DNA of 64,000 bases from a virus (IMGVR_UViG_3300031998_000028:50916-114915), one strand, 5' to 3'; positions 29,751 to 40,143 are shown, counted from the stretch's first letter. Made by a program: numbers and translations. The notes: generated by a model from the letters alone, not told the origin.

Positions 29751-31145
29751 ATGGAAAGCTTCTTTAATCTCAAGCATCGCAATACCACCATTAGAACCGA
29801 GATTCTTGCAGGCATTACAACCTTTATGGCTATGGCATATATCTTGTTTGTAAATGCAGGTATGTTTGCCACACTCCCCGATGTAAGTTATGAAGGTATG
29901 TATATTGCAACCGCAATTTCAGCCTGTGTCGGTTCTCTTTTAATTGGTCTTATTGCCAATCTTCCCCTCGCACAAGCATCTGGTATGGGACTTAATGCGT
30001 ATTTTGTCTATTCAGTATGTCTTGGTTTGGGCTTTACTTATGCTAATGCCCTTGTAATGGTTTTGTTTGATGGTATTATGTTTATAATACTCACAGCAAC
30101 AGGACTAAGAAAGCTATTGTTTAATGCAATTCCGACGCCAATTAAAACAGCTATTTCTGCAGGAATTGGTTTATTTATTGCTTATATTGGTCTACAATCT
30201 GCTGGTATTATAATTCCTGATGCCTCAACAGCATCCACTATGTCATCTTTTAATGTGTTTAGTGGAGCAGCAAATTGGGCAACAATTATGCCTATGCTTG
30301 TATCTATGATTACTATATTGATTATCGCGGCCTTGACATCTTTCAAGAAGCGTGGCGCGGTATTAATCGGTATAATTGCAGGTACAGTTCTATACTATCT
30401 TGGTGGCTTTACAATTCCAGGATTTTATGATGGTTTTGCTTTCTCTACTATTAGCACAGGAAAAGCTTTTGCAGCATTTGGTAAAGAATCACTATTCGCT
30501 GTATTTCGTAATGGTTTTGACTTTAGTGCGTACATTGCCGCACATGGCCAAGCAAACTTTGTTATGAGTCTTGTCACAACAATGATTGCGTTTTGTATCG
30601 TAGATATGTTTGATACAATGGGTACTTTGTATGGTGCGTGCTCACGCGGCGGCCTTATGAATAAAGATGGTGAAGTTCTTGCTCTTGACCGCGCAATGCT
30701 CAGTGATGCTATTGCCACCACAACTGGCGCAATGTTTGGTACTTCAACTGTAACAACTTTTGTTGAAAGTTCTGCTGGTATCGCAGAGGGCGGCCGCACA
30801 GGACTGGCCGCGGTTGTAACTGCTGGTCTATTCTTTATCTCAATGTTCTTTGCACCTATTGCTTCTCTTATCCCAGGCGCAGCAACTGCGGCCGCACTTA
30901 TCTATGTTGGCGCATTGATGCTTATGTCTCTTAAAGATATTAATTGGGAAGACGCAGAGGTTGCTATTCCGGCATTTTTAACTATTACTTTTATGGCATT
31001 TAGTTATAGTATTAGTAATGGTATTGGTATTGGTGTCTTGTCTTATACAGTAGTTAAAATGTTTACTGGTAAGATTAGAGAAATTCATGGAGCAACTTGG
31101 GTTATTGACGTGTTGTTCCTCGCAATGTTTTTACTTAGTCACTAA
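29751..31145 (+). CDS. NCS2 AzgA/PbuG-like purine permease
   Basis: TEILAGITTFMAMAYI, ASGMGLNAYF, DMFDTMGT, TTFVESSAGIAEGGRTG. Confidence 0.92.
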   Translation: MESFFNLKHRNTTIRTEILAGITTFMAMAYILFVNAGMFATLPDVSYEGMYIATAISACVGSLLIGLIANLPLAQASGMGLNAYFVYSVCLGLGFTYANALVMVLFDGIMFIILTATGLRKLLFNAIPTPIKTAISAGIGLFIAYIGLQSAGIIIPDASTASTMSSFNVFSGAANWATIMPMLVSMITILIIAALTSFKKRGAVLIGIIAGTVLYYLGGFTIPGFYDGFAFSTISTGKAFAAFGKESLFAVFRNGFDFSAYIAAHGQANFVMSLVTTMIAFCIVDMFDTMGTLYGACSRGGLMNKDGEVLALDRAMLSDAIATTTGAMFGTSTVTTFVESSAGIAEGGRTGLAAVVTAGLFFISMFFAPIASLIPGAATAAALIYVGALMLMSLKDINWEDAEVAIPAFLTITFMAFSYSISNGIGIGVLSYTVVKMFTGKIREIHGATWVIDVLFLAMFLLSH

Positions 31146-31191
31146 TAAAATTATAGTCCTCCTACTAGACTTTAAATAGTAGGATTTATAT

Positions 31192-31267
31192 GCTAGTATA
31201 GCTCAGAGGGAAGAGCACCTGTTTGGTATACAGGAGGTCGGGATTTCGAAACTCCCTACTAGCCCCA
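31192..31267 (+). tRNA. tRNA-Thr(GGT)
   Basis: cloverleaf. Confidence 0.85.
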
Positions 31268-31270
31268 ATT

Positions 31271-31345
31271 GCACCCATCGTCTAACGGCAAGGATACCGC
31301 TTTCGTAATGCGGAGATAAAGGCTCGAATCCTTTTGGGTGCGCCA
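31271..31345 (+). tRNA. tRNA-Thr(CGT) (Glu-like body)
   Basis: loop TTCGTAA in canonical register. Confidence 0.7.
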
Positions 31346-31348
31346 TAT

Positions 31349-31423
31349 GCAGGATGTGGTGTAACGGAAACATACGTGATTGTGGCTCACGAGTTGAGGG
31401 TTCAATCCCCTCCGACCTGCCCA
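31349..31423 (+). tRNA. tRNA-His(GTG)
   Basis: G-1:C73, cloverleaf. Confidence 0.85.
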
Positions 31424-31425
31424 AT

Positions 31426-31499
31426 GGGGAGTTAGTCTAATGGTAGAATAGGCGGTTGCAGCCCGCTTGGTGCTGGTTCAAATCCGGTATTCCCCTCCA
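31426..31499 (+). tRNA. tRNA-Cys(GCA)
   Basis: cloverleaf, U73. Confidence 0.9.
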
Positions 31500-31684
31500 A
31501 CGCCTCGGCGCACCGGGGCAATTTTATTATTAGGTGATGCTTATGTTATCTCTTTCGCGCACCGCACTTTTGAGTTTAGTATAGGCTACAAATCATGATG
31601 AAATTCCTCAAAGCGTGGTTGAATATTGGTTTACTGTTTATGGTAAATGGATTGATAAAAAAGAAGCAAAGGAGTTAGAGCAAG

Positions 31685-32095
31685 ATGAACGTAAACTATG
31701 ATGATATTAAAGGTTTGGAATTAGTTGGACTTAAAAAGGTTCATACTTTTCATATCTCTGTTGCAATATCCCTTGTTTTTTTGTTGATAATGATAGTAGT
31801 TACTTTTATATGGATTATACTGCCACTACATAATATTATTCTGAATATAGGATTTATATGTGGTATGATAGGCGGTATCTATAATATGATTCTAACTATT
31901 CCAGAAAGTCATCTTCATTGGAGTTTTAAGATTCCCGAAGATTATCGCGGCTGGCAATATTTATTCCTTTCTGCTAATTGTATAGATTTTGAGCCGGAAA
32001 CAAATATAATTACACTACAATTTAATGACGATATAGATAAAGAGTTGTATTACTTTATTACAATGCTTGAGAATGAAAAAAAGACCCAAAAATAA
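31685..32095 (+). CDS. membrane protein
   Basis: two TM segments. Confidence 0.55.
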   Translation: MNVNYDDIKGLELVGLKKVHTFHISVAISLVFLLIMIVVTFIWIILPLHNIILNIGFICGMIGGIYNMILTIPESHLHWSFKIPEDYRGWQYLFLSANCIDFEPETNIITLQFNDDIDKELYYFITMLENEKKTQK

Positions 32096-32178
32096 TTGGG
32101 TCTTTTCTTTTTGAAACTTGAAAAATTTTAAAATTTATGGTATAATTATTATAGAAAATAGGAAAGGAAGTATTTTCT

Positions 32179-32874
32179 ATGTCCACAACTGTTGAAAAGA
32201 TTATTGGTCAGCAGAGTATTCTTAACTGCATGAAGTATGTCCAGACAATAGTTGATATATGGATGAAAGATAACGACATTGGGCGTTGGGAAGACATTGT
32301 AGCCCCCAACGAATTTAATGTCGTTGATGCTGATTACAATTTTGAAGTGCGCACTGGTGCTACTAAAATTGTATTGGTTCTGCACGACATGCCTTATGTC
32401 ATTAAAATTCCTTTTATTGGTGAAGAGTCTTGGAACGATGAAGGTTTCCACTACTTTGATGGTGGTGACTATGACAATGAAGAATATGATTATTGTGCAC
32501 ACGAAGCTTATCTTTATGACCAAGCTAAGATTTTTGGGTGCGATCAGTTCTTTGTGCCCACGATGCATTTGATTATGGTCGAGAATATTCCTGTGTATAT
32601 TCAGACGAAGATTGATTATATCTACCGTCGAGCTACTCCTTCCAATGAGGATACTTATCGTTATGCTTCGATTAAGAACTCTGATGTTCTTATCCCCGAA
32701 GTGGGCGCGCGGCTTTTGGAGTACTATTCCATGAGTGAAGTCGCCTTGTTTCTGGCTTTTATTAAAGCCTTTGATGTAAATGACCTTGAAGCTTCGCGCA
32801 ATGGCGAGTATGTTGAAGCCTTTGGCCGTTATGTCTTTTGGGATTATAGCGGCTACAAAGAATATGAATGGTGA
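32179..32874 (+). CDS. protein-kinase-like phage protein
   Basis: GATKIV..VIKIP, E..LY, NDL...N, FWDYSG. Confidence 0.55.
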   Translation: MSTTVEKIIGQQSILNCMKYVQTIVDIWMKDNDIGRWEDIVAPNEFNVVDADYNFEVRTGATKIVLVLHDMPYVIKIPFIGEESWNDEGFHYFDGGDYDNEEYDYCAHEAYLYDQAKIFGCDQFFVPTMHLIMVENIPVYIQTKIDYIYRRATPSNEDTYRYASIKNSDVLIPEVGARLLEYYSMSEVALFLAFIKAFDVNDLEASRNGEYVEAFGRYVFWDYSGYKEYEW

Positions 32875-32889
32875 AAGGAACTGAAAAAA

Positions 32890-33267
32890 ATGAGACAAAC
32901 TTCTAAGTATTCCAAAGAGTTTACGAATGAGATGACTGGCCGCATTGCCGTCATTCTCGCCGATGAGCAGGCCGCCCTCAACATTCAGCAGATTCAGATG
33001 CGTGACCCGAACCTTGTGGGTATTACCTCTCAGAAAATGGCACGCATGATTAACCATCTGGTTGAGATGGGCTTTGTTGCAAAAGCAAAAGGTAAGGACG
33101 GCCGCATGGTTTACAAGTGCTTGGCTGTAATGGAGGCTGAAGGCGTAGATGTAGAGAAATATCGCTATGGCGCAAATATGCAGGATAAGCCGAGCGATTT
33201 TCAGAAGAGGTATATGGCAGAACATCCGGATTATCATAAGTTAATCTATGGGGAGGAAGAAAAATGA
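32890..33267 (+). CDS. winged-helix DNA-binding protein
   Basis: TSQKMARMINHLVEMGFV..K..RMVY. Confidence 0.6.
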   Translation: MRQTSKYSKEFTNEMTGRIAVILADEQAALNIQQIQMRDPNLVGITSQKMARMINHLVEMGFVAKAKGKDGRMVYKCLAVMEAEGVDVEKYRYGANMQDKPSDFQKRYMAEHPDYHKLIYGEEEK

Positions 33268-33824
33268 TAAGCAAGATACTCCTGATAGTAGGCTTGTTAA
33301 TGTTCGGTTTTGCTGTTTGGGGGATGGTAGCTGATATTGGATATGATACAACGCCATGGGCGCAAGTAAGACGTGGATGCTCACATTATACAGATGCATA
33401 TCGACAAGGTTTAGCTTGTATTACTTTTGATTTTTTTATATCTCTTTATCAAGTAAATCCCGATAGATGGGAACTTGAACATCCATCATGGGGTTATATT
33501 CGATATAAAGGCGAAAGGTCTATTTGGTATAATAGAGTCTATTGGAAAACAAAAGAAGATATAAAACAATATAAAAAATGGTATAAAGAAGAACTCATGC
33601 GTCAATCTGAACAAAAATCTGCTGAAAAAATTAAGGAAATATCTGAGATCGGTCTGAAAGATATAGAAGCTTTAAAAAATAAAATAAATCAAAATGCTCA
33701 ATCTGAATTCGAGCGCATAGATAAAGAAAGAGAGAGCAACAAAAGTTTTTATTATCAAGTAATGACTTCTAATGGATATACATTAACCGAAGAAGGGTTG
33801 TGGGTTAAAAATGAAAGTCTGTAA
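33264..33824 (+). CDS. membrane-anchored hypothetical protein
   Basis: N-terminal TM. Confidence 0.55.
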   Translation: MISKILLIVGLLMFGFAVWGMVADIGYDTTPWAQVRRGCSHYTDAYRQGLACITFDFFISLYQVNPDRWELEHPSWGYIRYKGERSIWYNRVYWKTKEDIKQYKKWYKEELMRQSEQKSAEKIKEISEIGLKDIEALKNKINQNAQSEFERIDKERESNKSFYYQVMTSNGYTLTEEGLWVKNESL

Positions 33825-34032
33825 GTGTGATAGATGTGGCAAAATCTTTGAGCCATCTTTTAATAGTGACGCAGGTGACTTTTATAGCCGTGTCATTCAA
33901 ATTGGTGATGAAAATTTTAATCTGTGTGACACCGTAACTGAAATAATCGCTTCGTATGATATATGCGAGGATTGTTACAAGGACTTTGTTCGCTGGCTTG
34001 GCCGCGATAAGATAAGGACGGGAGAAAAATGA
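33811..34032 (+). CDS. small Zn-finger protein
   Basis: CDRC...DICEDC. Confidence 0.6.
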   Translation: MKVCKCDRCGKIFEPSFNSDAGDFYSRVIQIGDENFNLCDTVTEIIASYDICEDCYKDFVRWLGRDKIRTGEK

Positions 34033-34319
34033 AAAGACTTTTTGTATATGAAATTCGAAAAAAAATAGATGAATTTAATTCGAAGTTTTATGCATACGTT
34101 ATATTTGATTCTATAAAGCGAGAGCTGGTTGGAATTTCATATAACTCTAATGTATATATAGCTCGCGCGCGGTGTAAACAAATATTAAACACATTAATTG
34201 TATCCGAAGACACCTCACCAATCGTAGTCTGGCGTAGTTGGCCACTTAGTCTTTGGGAAAAAGAAATTACAGATGAAAGTATCTGTAAAAGAATTATGAC
34301 GAGGGAGATAGTAATATGA
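34029..34319 (+). CDS. hypothetical protein
   Basis: operon overlap. Confidence 0.5.
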   Translation: MKRLFVYEIRKKIDEFNSKFYAYVIFDSIKRELVGISYNSNVYIARARCKQILNTLIVSEDTSPIVVWRSWPLSLWEKEITDESICKRIMTREIVI

Positions 34320-34592
34320 TATATATAATTATAGCTATTTTAATAGTTGGAGATTTATGGCTATATCTACACGGCGGCCGCCCTGAACATTCAATTTGGT
34401 GTGATGAAACTATCAGGTGGATGAAATGAGTAAAGAAGAATTTGAAAAATGGTTGGAATGGGCTTGGTCACAGAAAGAACCAAATGAGCCTTCGCCTTTC
34501 TGTCCGTTTGAATTTTTCGGATATTGCGACCAAGCGTATACTGAGAAATGTTGGGAGTGTGAAGATGGCCCCAATGCACGAAAGGAGTAATA

Positions 34593-35009
34593 ATGAAGGA
34601 AATAAATTTTAGGTGGAAGACTTCGCAAAAACCAAAAGTCCACCAGCGCGCGGTGAATCGTGTGATGCGCGCAATCAATGAGAACATCTATAATGACGAC
34701 CTTTGGATGGGTAGGTTCTTTGTAAGGCAGTATGCGCGCGAGGTTGTTATGTGTGATGGAGAACTCCATATGGCGGTTGAGCTTCGATTTTACGACCATA
34801 AAACAAAATACTATTCTTCTGAGTGGTTGACGTCCAATGAAATAATCGTTTTTGGCGGCTCTAAGATTTGGAGCTTAATGAATGATTTTATCGTTAAGGA
34901 TTTGGATGTTTGGCGCACGGAAAATGTAATGGAAGAAAAGCAGGACTGGCGCGCGGCTTCAACGGAGAAGACAATAAGAGAAGCTACCTCGCTTTGGAAG
35001 AGAGTATAA
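34593..35009 (+). CDS. hypothetical protein
   Basis: AAGGAG RBS. Confidence 0.6.
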   Translation: MKEINFRWKTSQKPKVHQRAVNRVMRAINENIYNDDLWMGRFFVRQYAREVVMCDGELHMAVELRFYDHKTKYYSSEWLTSNEIIVFGGSKIWSLMNDFIVKDLDVWRTENVMEEKQDWRAASTEKTIREATSLWKRV

Positions 35010-35120
35010 TAAAGCCCCGCACGGCGTATTACAAAGCCTTGTGGGGCGTTTTATTAGATTGTTCTTAACTATGTCGCCAACTTTTAAGAATGTATTTGTG
35101 CAAAGGAAAATGAATGGTGA

Positions 35121-35525
35121 TTATCCTAAGGAATCGGGATACGCCAAATTTATAAATTCAAAAGTCCCGTCTGCCAAATATTTAACTTGCTACTCTACGA
35201 TGCTGTTACTACTTGTGAGCGGAATCCCCGTAAACGTTATGCTTGTTTCGCTATTATACTTTTTTGCAAAATAGTATGTCCCCATCCCCTCTTGCATAGC
35301 TACTTTTATTTGAACAATTTTATTCTGCTCAAGTGCTTCTATTGCTTCGGTAAAAGTTTTGTCTGCTACGGGGTTTCCTGTATCCGGGTCAGGAGAAATC
35401 ACTATAAGGCAAATCCCGTCAGAACCGCCACCGGTATTAAATTCATCTAACATATCACTTAGCACCATCCTATTTGTATTTTCTGGTGTATCCATCACAT
35501 AGTTGAGGATTTCTTCTTTAGTCAT
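35121..35525 (-). CDS. MTKEEILNYV-family paralog 2 (TAG=Gln)
   Basis: reads through TAG at 35190 to TAA. Confidence 0.65.
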
Positions 35526-35585
35526 CTTTTTTACTCCTTTTTAATTTATTTATTACTTTAGCTTCTTATGCTTTTTGAACGATTA

Positions 35586-35975
35586 TTAAAGAAGCGGGTC
35601 AGGTCCCAGGGTTCCTTCTGTATAGCTTGGATAATCGTCAAGAGTTGCAGCTGTGAACATATTGCCACTTACGTAGAACATATATCCACTGTCATCCAGC
35701 GCCGTCCCATATTCATCGAGTTCCGTATAAAATGACACAGCATATTTATCAACTATTCCAGTTTCAAGAACATAAACAAGTGGCATGGCGTCAATGATTT
35801 CCCTAGCGGTTTTATCCGTTGTATAAGTGTCCCCATCTTTTTCGATGTTGATGATAAGTGCATTGGCTCCATTACTGCTACTAGTATTAAATTCGTCTAG
35901 CATATCGCTTAACACCGCCCTATTAGTATTTTCGGGTGTATCCATTACGTAATTAAGGATTTCCTCTTTCGTCAT
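35586..35975 (-). CDS. MTKEEILNYV-family paralog 1
   Basis: N-terminal 31 aa nearly identical to its neighbour. Confidence 0.7.
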   Translation of the reverse strand: MTKEEILNYVMDTPENTNRAVLSDMLDEFNTSSSNGANALIINIEKDGDTYTTDKTAREIIDAMPLVYVLETGIVDKYAVSFYTELDEYGTALDDSGYMFYVSGNMFTAATLDDYPSYTEGTLGPDPLL

Positions 35976-36080
35976 TTTTTATCACCTTCAAATCTAAGTA
36001 GGATTTCCTATAAGAAAATTGACTTTTTTGAAAAATTATGGTATAATATATATAGAAAATAGGAAAGGAATGAAATAACC

Positions 36081-36389
36081 ATGTTTCTGTGGGTTGATGA
36101 CCTTCGCAAGCCGCCCTCTGATAAGTACATTTGGGTTCAGTCTACCTTCCAGGCGATTGGCAGTATCACTGACTGCCGTAAGCATCGGCCGACAGAGCAG
36201 ATTGTGATTGACCTTGACCACGACAGTGGTGACTTTTACCAGTATGGTGGTGACTATATCAAAATCCTGGATTGGATGGAAGAGCAGGGTATTGATGATA
36301 TTGCTATTCATCTGCATACGATGAACCCTGTCGGACGTGAGAATATGCGGCGTATCATTCAGCACAACGGTTGGAAGCAGATTTACTAA
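36081..36389 (+). CDS. cyclic-phosphate-processing receiver-like domain protein
   Basis: LWVDDLR, IDLDHD.G, HTMNPVGRENM. Confidence 0.7.
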   Translation: MFLWVDDLRKPPSDKYIWVQSTFQAIGSITDCRKHRPTEQIVIDLDHDSGDFYQYGGDYIKILDWMEEQGIDDIAIHLHTMNPVGRENMRRIIQHNGWKQIY

Positions 36390-36400
36390 GGAGGTTATCT

Positions 36401-38090
36401 CAAATGAGCAACTATGAATTTTTAAAAACTTTAACTAATGTAGTTTATTTGCATAGCCCCGTGTGGTATGATAATGATACCTTTTCTGTTGACGTTGATG
36501 ATGCTGAAGGATGGAATACTACTACGGTATTCTTTGATAAAGATGGCAATGTTAAGGAGGTCTAAAATGCAGAACGAGTTCTATATGGTCGAGTTCGACT
36601 GGGGCGAGCAGCATTACTTCAAGGATAAAGATAAGGCTTTTGCTTTTCTGTGGCAGTCGTATCTTAACGATAGTGCTTATAATAACGATGAAGAGATGGA
36701 GGCAGATCGCAACTCTCTTAATGAAAACTACTACATTGATGGTTATGGTTCTGTTAATGTAAGGGGGTTTGAGGACTAATGAAAATTCGTTTTTATGGCG
36801 GCCGCGTCGGATTCGGAATAGAGTGGGAGGAAGAGTTTGTCTTTGATTCTGACTCCACCGAGGATGACATTGAAAACGTTGGCGAAGGATGCTCTGCTGA
36901 CTTTATGGACTATATCCTGACCGATGCTGAAGATAAGTTTGACTTTTGGTATGAGTGGGAACTCATGGAAGGAGAATGGAATGTACCCGACACTTTGTAA
37001 AGTAGAATATTGGGACGAGAATCAGACGAAAATTGATAATTGTCTGATTTATGCCGATTCTTTTGTTGATACCGCGCAGAAAATCGAAGATTATTATGGA
37101 AAAGAAATTGAAAGTCTTTCCATTCAAATATTTGATATTGGTGTGTGGCGTGTAGATGATGCCACGGCCGCGCGTATAGTGGAGGGTCTCTAATGTGGTT
37201 TGTATCTCCTAGCTTCAAAGATAAGCCTTGGCTTTGTGAGCCGTATGAAAAAGACGGTAAAATGTACGTTAAAATCCAGGGCGCAAAAGCTCCTCGTGAG
37301 ATTCGTGTGTATGACGAATGGCAATCCAACTGGCCGGCCGAATTGCGTCCACGCGTAGAACGAAAGTTTGATAGATTCTTAGCTTTTAACTATCCTGATG
37401 GGCGTTATGCCTATATTGTGGGAATAGAGGAAGTTGAAGGTTACGAGGGCTTTTGGAAGTATAAAAAAATTCCAGCAAAAAGCTATAGCTGGAACGACAA
37501 TATCGTTTTGAGTCCTCTCTTTGGATATGTTGGACGTTTAGGGCGGCCGCCCATTATGGAGTTGGAGCCGGAATTTGTGGACGCGCGCACTGTGCGGGTA
37601 GAAAATGGCTTTAAGCGTCTGGTTACAGATGAATGGTATCAAAATGAACTCAAGAGGTTAGAGAAATGCGTATCGGAGTAATTTTTGTAGAGATTATTTT
37701 TCTTCTTTGGTGGATGGGAGGCGCGCCATGAAAGTAGTAGATGCAGAAAAACTTATAAAAGCGATTAGGAGCGGAGATTTCTGTAAAAAAGGAGAACTCC
37801 ATCGGCTTATCCTTCAGCTGGCAGTAGATATTCCAGAAATTTCTGTAGAAAAGCTCGAAGGCTTTCTGCCAGATGATAAATAGTTAGATATGACAAATGT
37901 GTGGTATTCTGACCCAACTCTTGTGTGGTTTTTTGATTCTAAAAATACGAAAAAGCGCGGCTTGGTCTTCCATGAATATCTCATAGATTTAACGACCGGC
38001 CGCGCCTATACGTGTCAAGAAATTTTGAGACGCGCGCAGAATATGGGAATAGATTTGGACGATGCAATTATTGAGCGAAAATGGGAGTGA
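36401..38090 (+). other. operon of small, mostly acidic hypothetical genes (about 36404-36565, 36567-36779, 36779-37000, 36981-37193, 37193-37681, 37728-38090)
   Basis: tightly overlapping ORFs with RBSs; the last one spans a TAG. Confidence 0.55.
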
Positions 38091-38926
38091 AGTTTTCCAT
38101 AATTTTATGACACGGCCGCGACTCAATGGATTTTCTGAAAATTTTAGGACGTCATAATTTTCCTCAAAAATTTATAATTGCCTCACATAAAGTTTACATT
38201 TAAGTGTAAACGTAAGAAATAATCTATTTTTATATATAGGCTCTTCCTTTAAAAAACCGTTGGTTGCAGCGGAAGAGACCCGCGATAGCGGGGCTCGGAG
38301 CGGTCCTAGCGGACGCGGAGCGTCCAGCGCAGGAGCATCGAGTACGGAAAGACGTATACGTATATATATACTATATACGTATACGTTTTATTTATACGTA
38401 TTACGGATACGAGGAGAGAGCAAGAAAGGGAGTGGGGAGAGGGTTAGGTAGGGGAGTTTAGGTGGTGTGGTTTGGTTATACGTTGAGGTTGTACGTATAA
38501 TATATCTGTCTGGTATTGGTGTACGTAGAAATTGTCCGGAAAAGCTTTTACGTACAATAGGGGTTCGATTTGGTCGGTTGCATCGGGATACCCTATCCGA
38601 CGTGATTTTGGGAGTTATTAGTAGGTAAGGGGTGAGTTTAGGTCCCTGGCCACAAATTTTCCAGCTTTTCAAATTTTGCAAAATTTTAAATTTTATGATA
38701 TAATTAATATAGAAAATGAGGGAAGAAACCAGTTTCGCTAAAAAATCAAAAATTTTTCCCGAAAATCTGACCTTTAAAATTTGAAAAATCCTAAAATCTA
38801 TGTTATAATATATATAGAAAGTAAGGGAAGAGAAAATTTAAAACGCGAGGCTCGCCGTCGCTAAGAGCCTTAAGAATCTGGCGACATGATTAATGGGTAG
38901 CGACCGACACTAGAAAGGCAAAACCT

Positions 38927-39301
38927 ATGACCATTCGTGAGATGTATGTTGAGATCCTGAACGTCCTGAACGAGAACGAGACCAGCGTGAGCCGCGAGGA
39001 CCTGATCCAGATGGTGGAGGCCCGGCTCGAGAAGCATGACGCGCAGAACGAGAAGCGTAAGAACGCCGAGCGTAAGCCCTCTGCGAAGCAGCTGGCCGCT
39101 AAGGAGTACGACGCTAAGCTGATGGAGGCTCTGGCTGAACAGCTGACCGACGAGTTCCAGCCTCGTACCGTGTTCGCTGAGGCCTTGGATATCACTCCCT
39201 CTAAGGCGTCCACCCTGCTGAATAAGATGGACGGCGTCGAGAAGGGCGAGGTTAAGGGCGAGAAGGGTAAGCAGGTGGGTTACCGCCGCGCCCAGGCCTG
39301 A
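38927..39301 (+). CDS. MTxRE-family protein with C-terminal winged helix, paralog A
   Basis: MTIREMY..NEKRK..wHTH. Confidence 0.7.
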   Translation: MTIREMYVEILNVLNENETSVSREDLIQMVEARLEKHDAQNEKRKNAERKPSAKQLAAKEYDAKLMEALAEQLTDEFQPRTVFAEALDITPSKASTLLNKMDGVEKGEVKGEKGKQVGYRRAQA

Positions 39302-39573
39302 GATTTTCGGAAAAACCCAAACGAGGAGCTTTGCAGCTCCTCGTATTTTTATAAAATTTTTTGAAAATTTGACAAATTTTTGTCAAATTTCGGAACGATT
39401 TTGCAGAAAAACTTGCGCAGCTGCGGTTAAAATTTGACTTTTTCGGAAATTTATGGTATAATATAATGGGAAAGTATAAATATATATATAATTTTGTAGA
39501 AAACCGCTGGTAATATTTTCCAAAAATTTACCGTAATAATATTATGTAAACCAATTGTATAAAAAAAGAGCGA

Positions 39574-39888
39574 TTACTCGCTCTTTTTCGCCTTAGCTTT
39601 CTCAGCCTTTGCAGCTGCCTTTGCCTTGCGCTCGGCGGCCGCATCCAGCTTCAGCTGGTACTCCTGCGCGAGGGCGTAGCCATCGGTGCCGTTCTCCTCG
39701 CTGGCTTCCTTGGGGATGATAACGCTGAACTTGATCCAGCGATCCTCACCCTCAGCGTCCACGGCGGGAATCATGAGGGAGCCGGTGGCAACCTTGCAGA
39801 CGTCGCAGTCGTACTTCTGGGCAAGGAATTCGGCGAGGTCGGCGGTGAACTGGGCGCGCAGAGCGTCGGTAACGGATTTCTGAGTCAT
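39574..39888 (-). CDS. hypothetical protein with Lys/Ala tail, paralog of 42341..42637
   Basis: shared P.V...GE....V.(I/V)PK motif. Confidence 0.7.
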   Translation of the reverse strand: MTQKSVTDALRAQFTADLAEFLAQKYDCDVCKVATGSLMIPAVDAEGEDRWIKFSVIIPKEASEENGTDGYALAQEYQLKLDAAAERKAKAAAKAEKAKAKKSE

Positions 39889-40143
39889 GTCAAATTTCCC
39901 CTTTCTTAATTTCTATATATATTATATCATAAATTTTAAATTTTGTCAAGAGTTTTTCGTATGGCAAAATTCACAAAATTTTTAGATTTTTCACAGCTTT
40001 TTTTGTGTAATTTTTAGTTTACATAATATTATATTATGTAAACCTATACGGTTGCAGCTTCAGTTTACCATAATAATATTATGTAAACCTGGGCGGTTAC
40101 AAAAACGTCCCGCTCCAGATGGAGCGGGACGGAGAAACGGAAC

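Noticed and set aside
17244-31184. preQ1-I riboswitch for the small pseudoknots
   Set aside because: They lack the conserved preQ1 loop and tail sequence, and they precede tRNAs rather than queuosine genes.
31271-31345. tRNA-Arg(TCG) reading
   Set aside because: Canonical spacing from the D stem places CGT, not TCG, at positions 34-36.
35121-35975. Diversity-generating retroelement for the paralog pair
   Set aside because: No reverse transcriptase and no adenine-specific TR/VR pair; the similarity is N-terminal.
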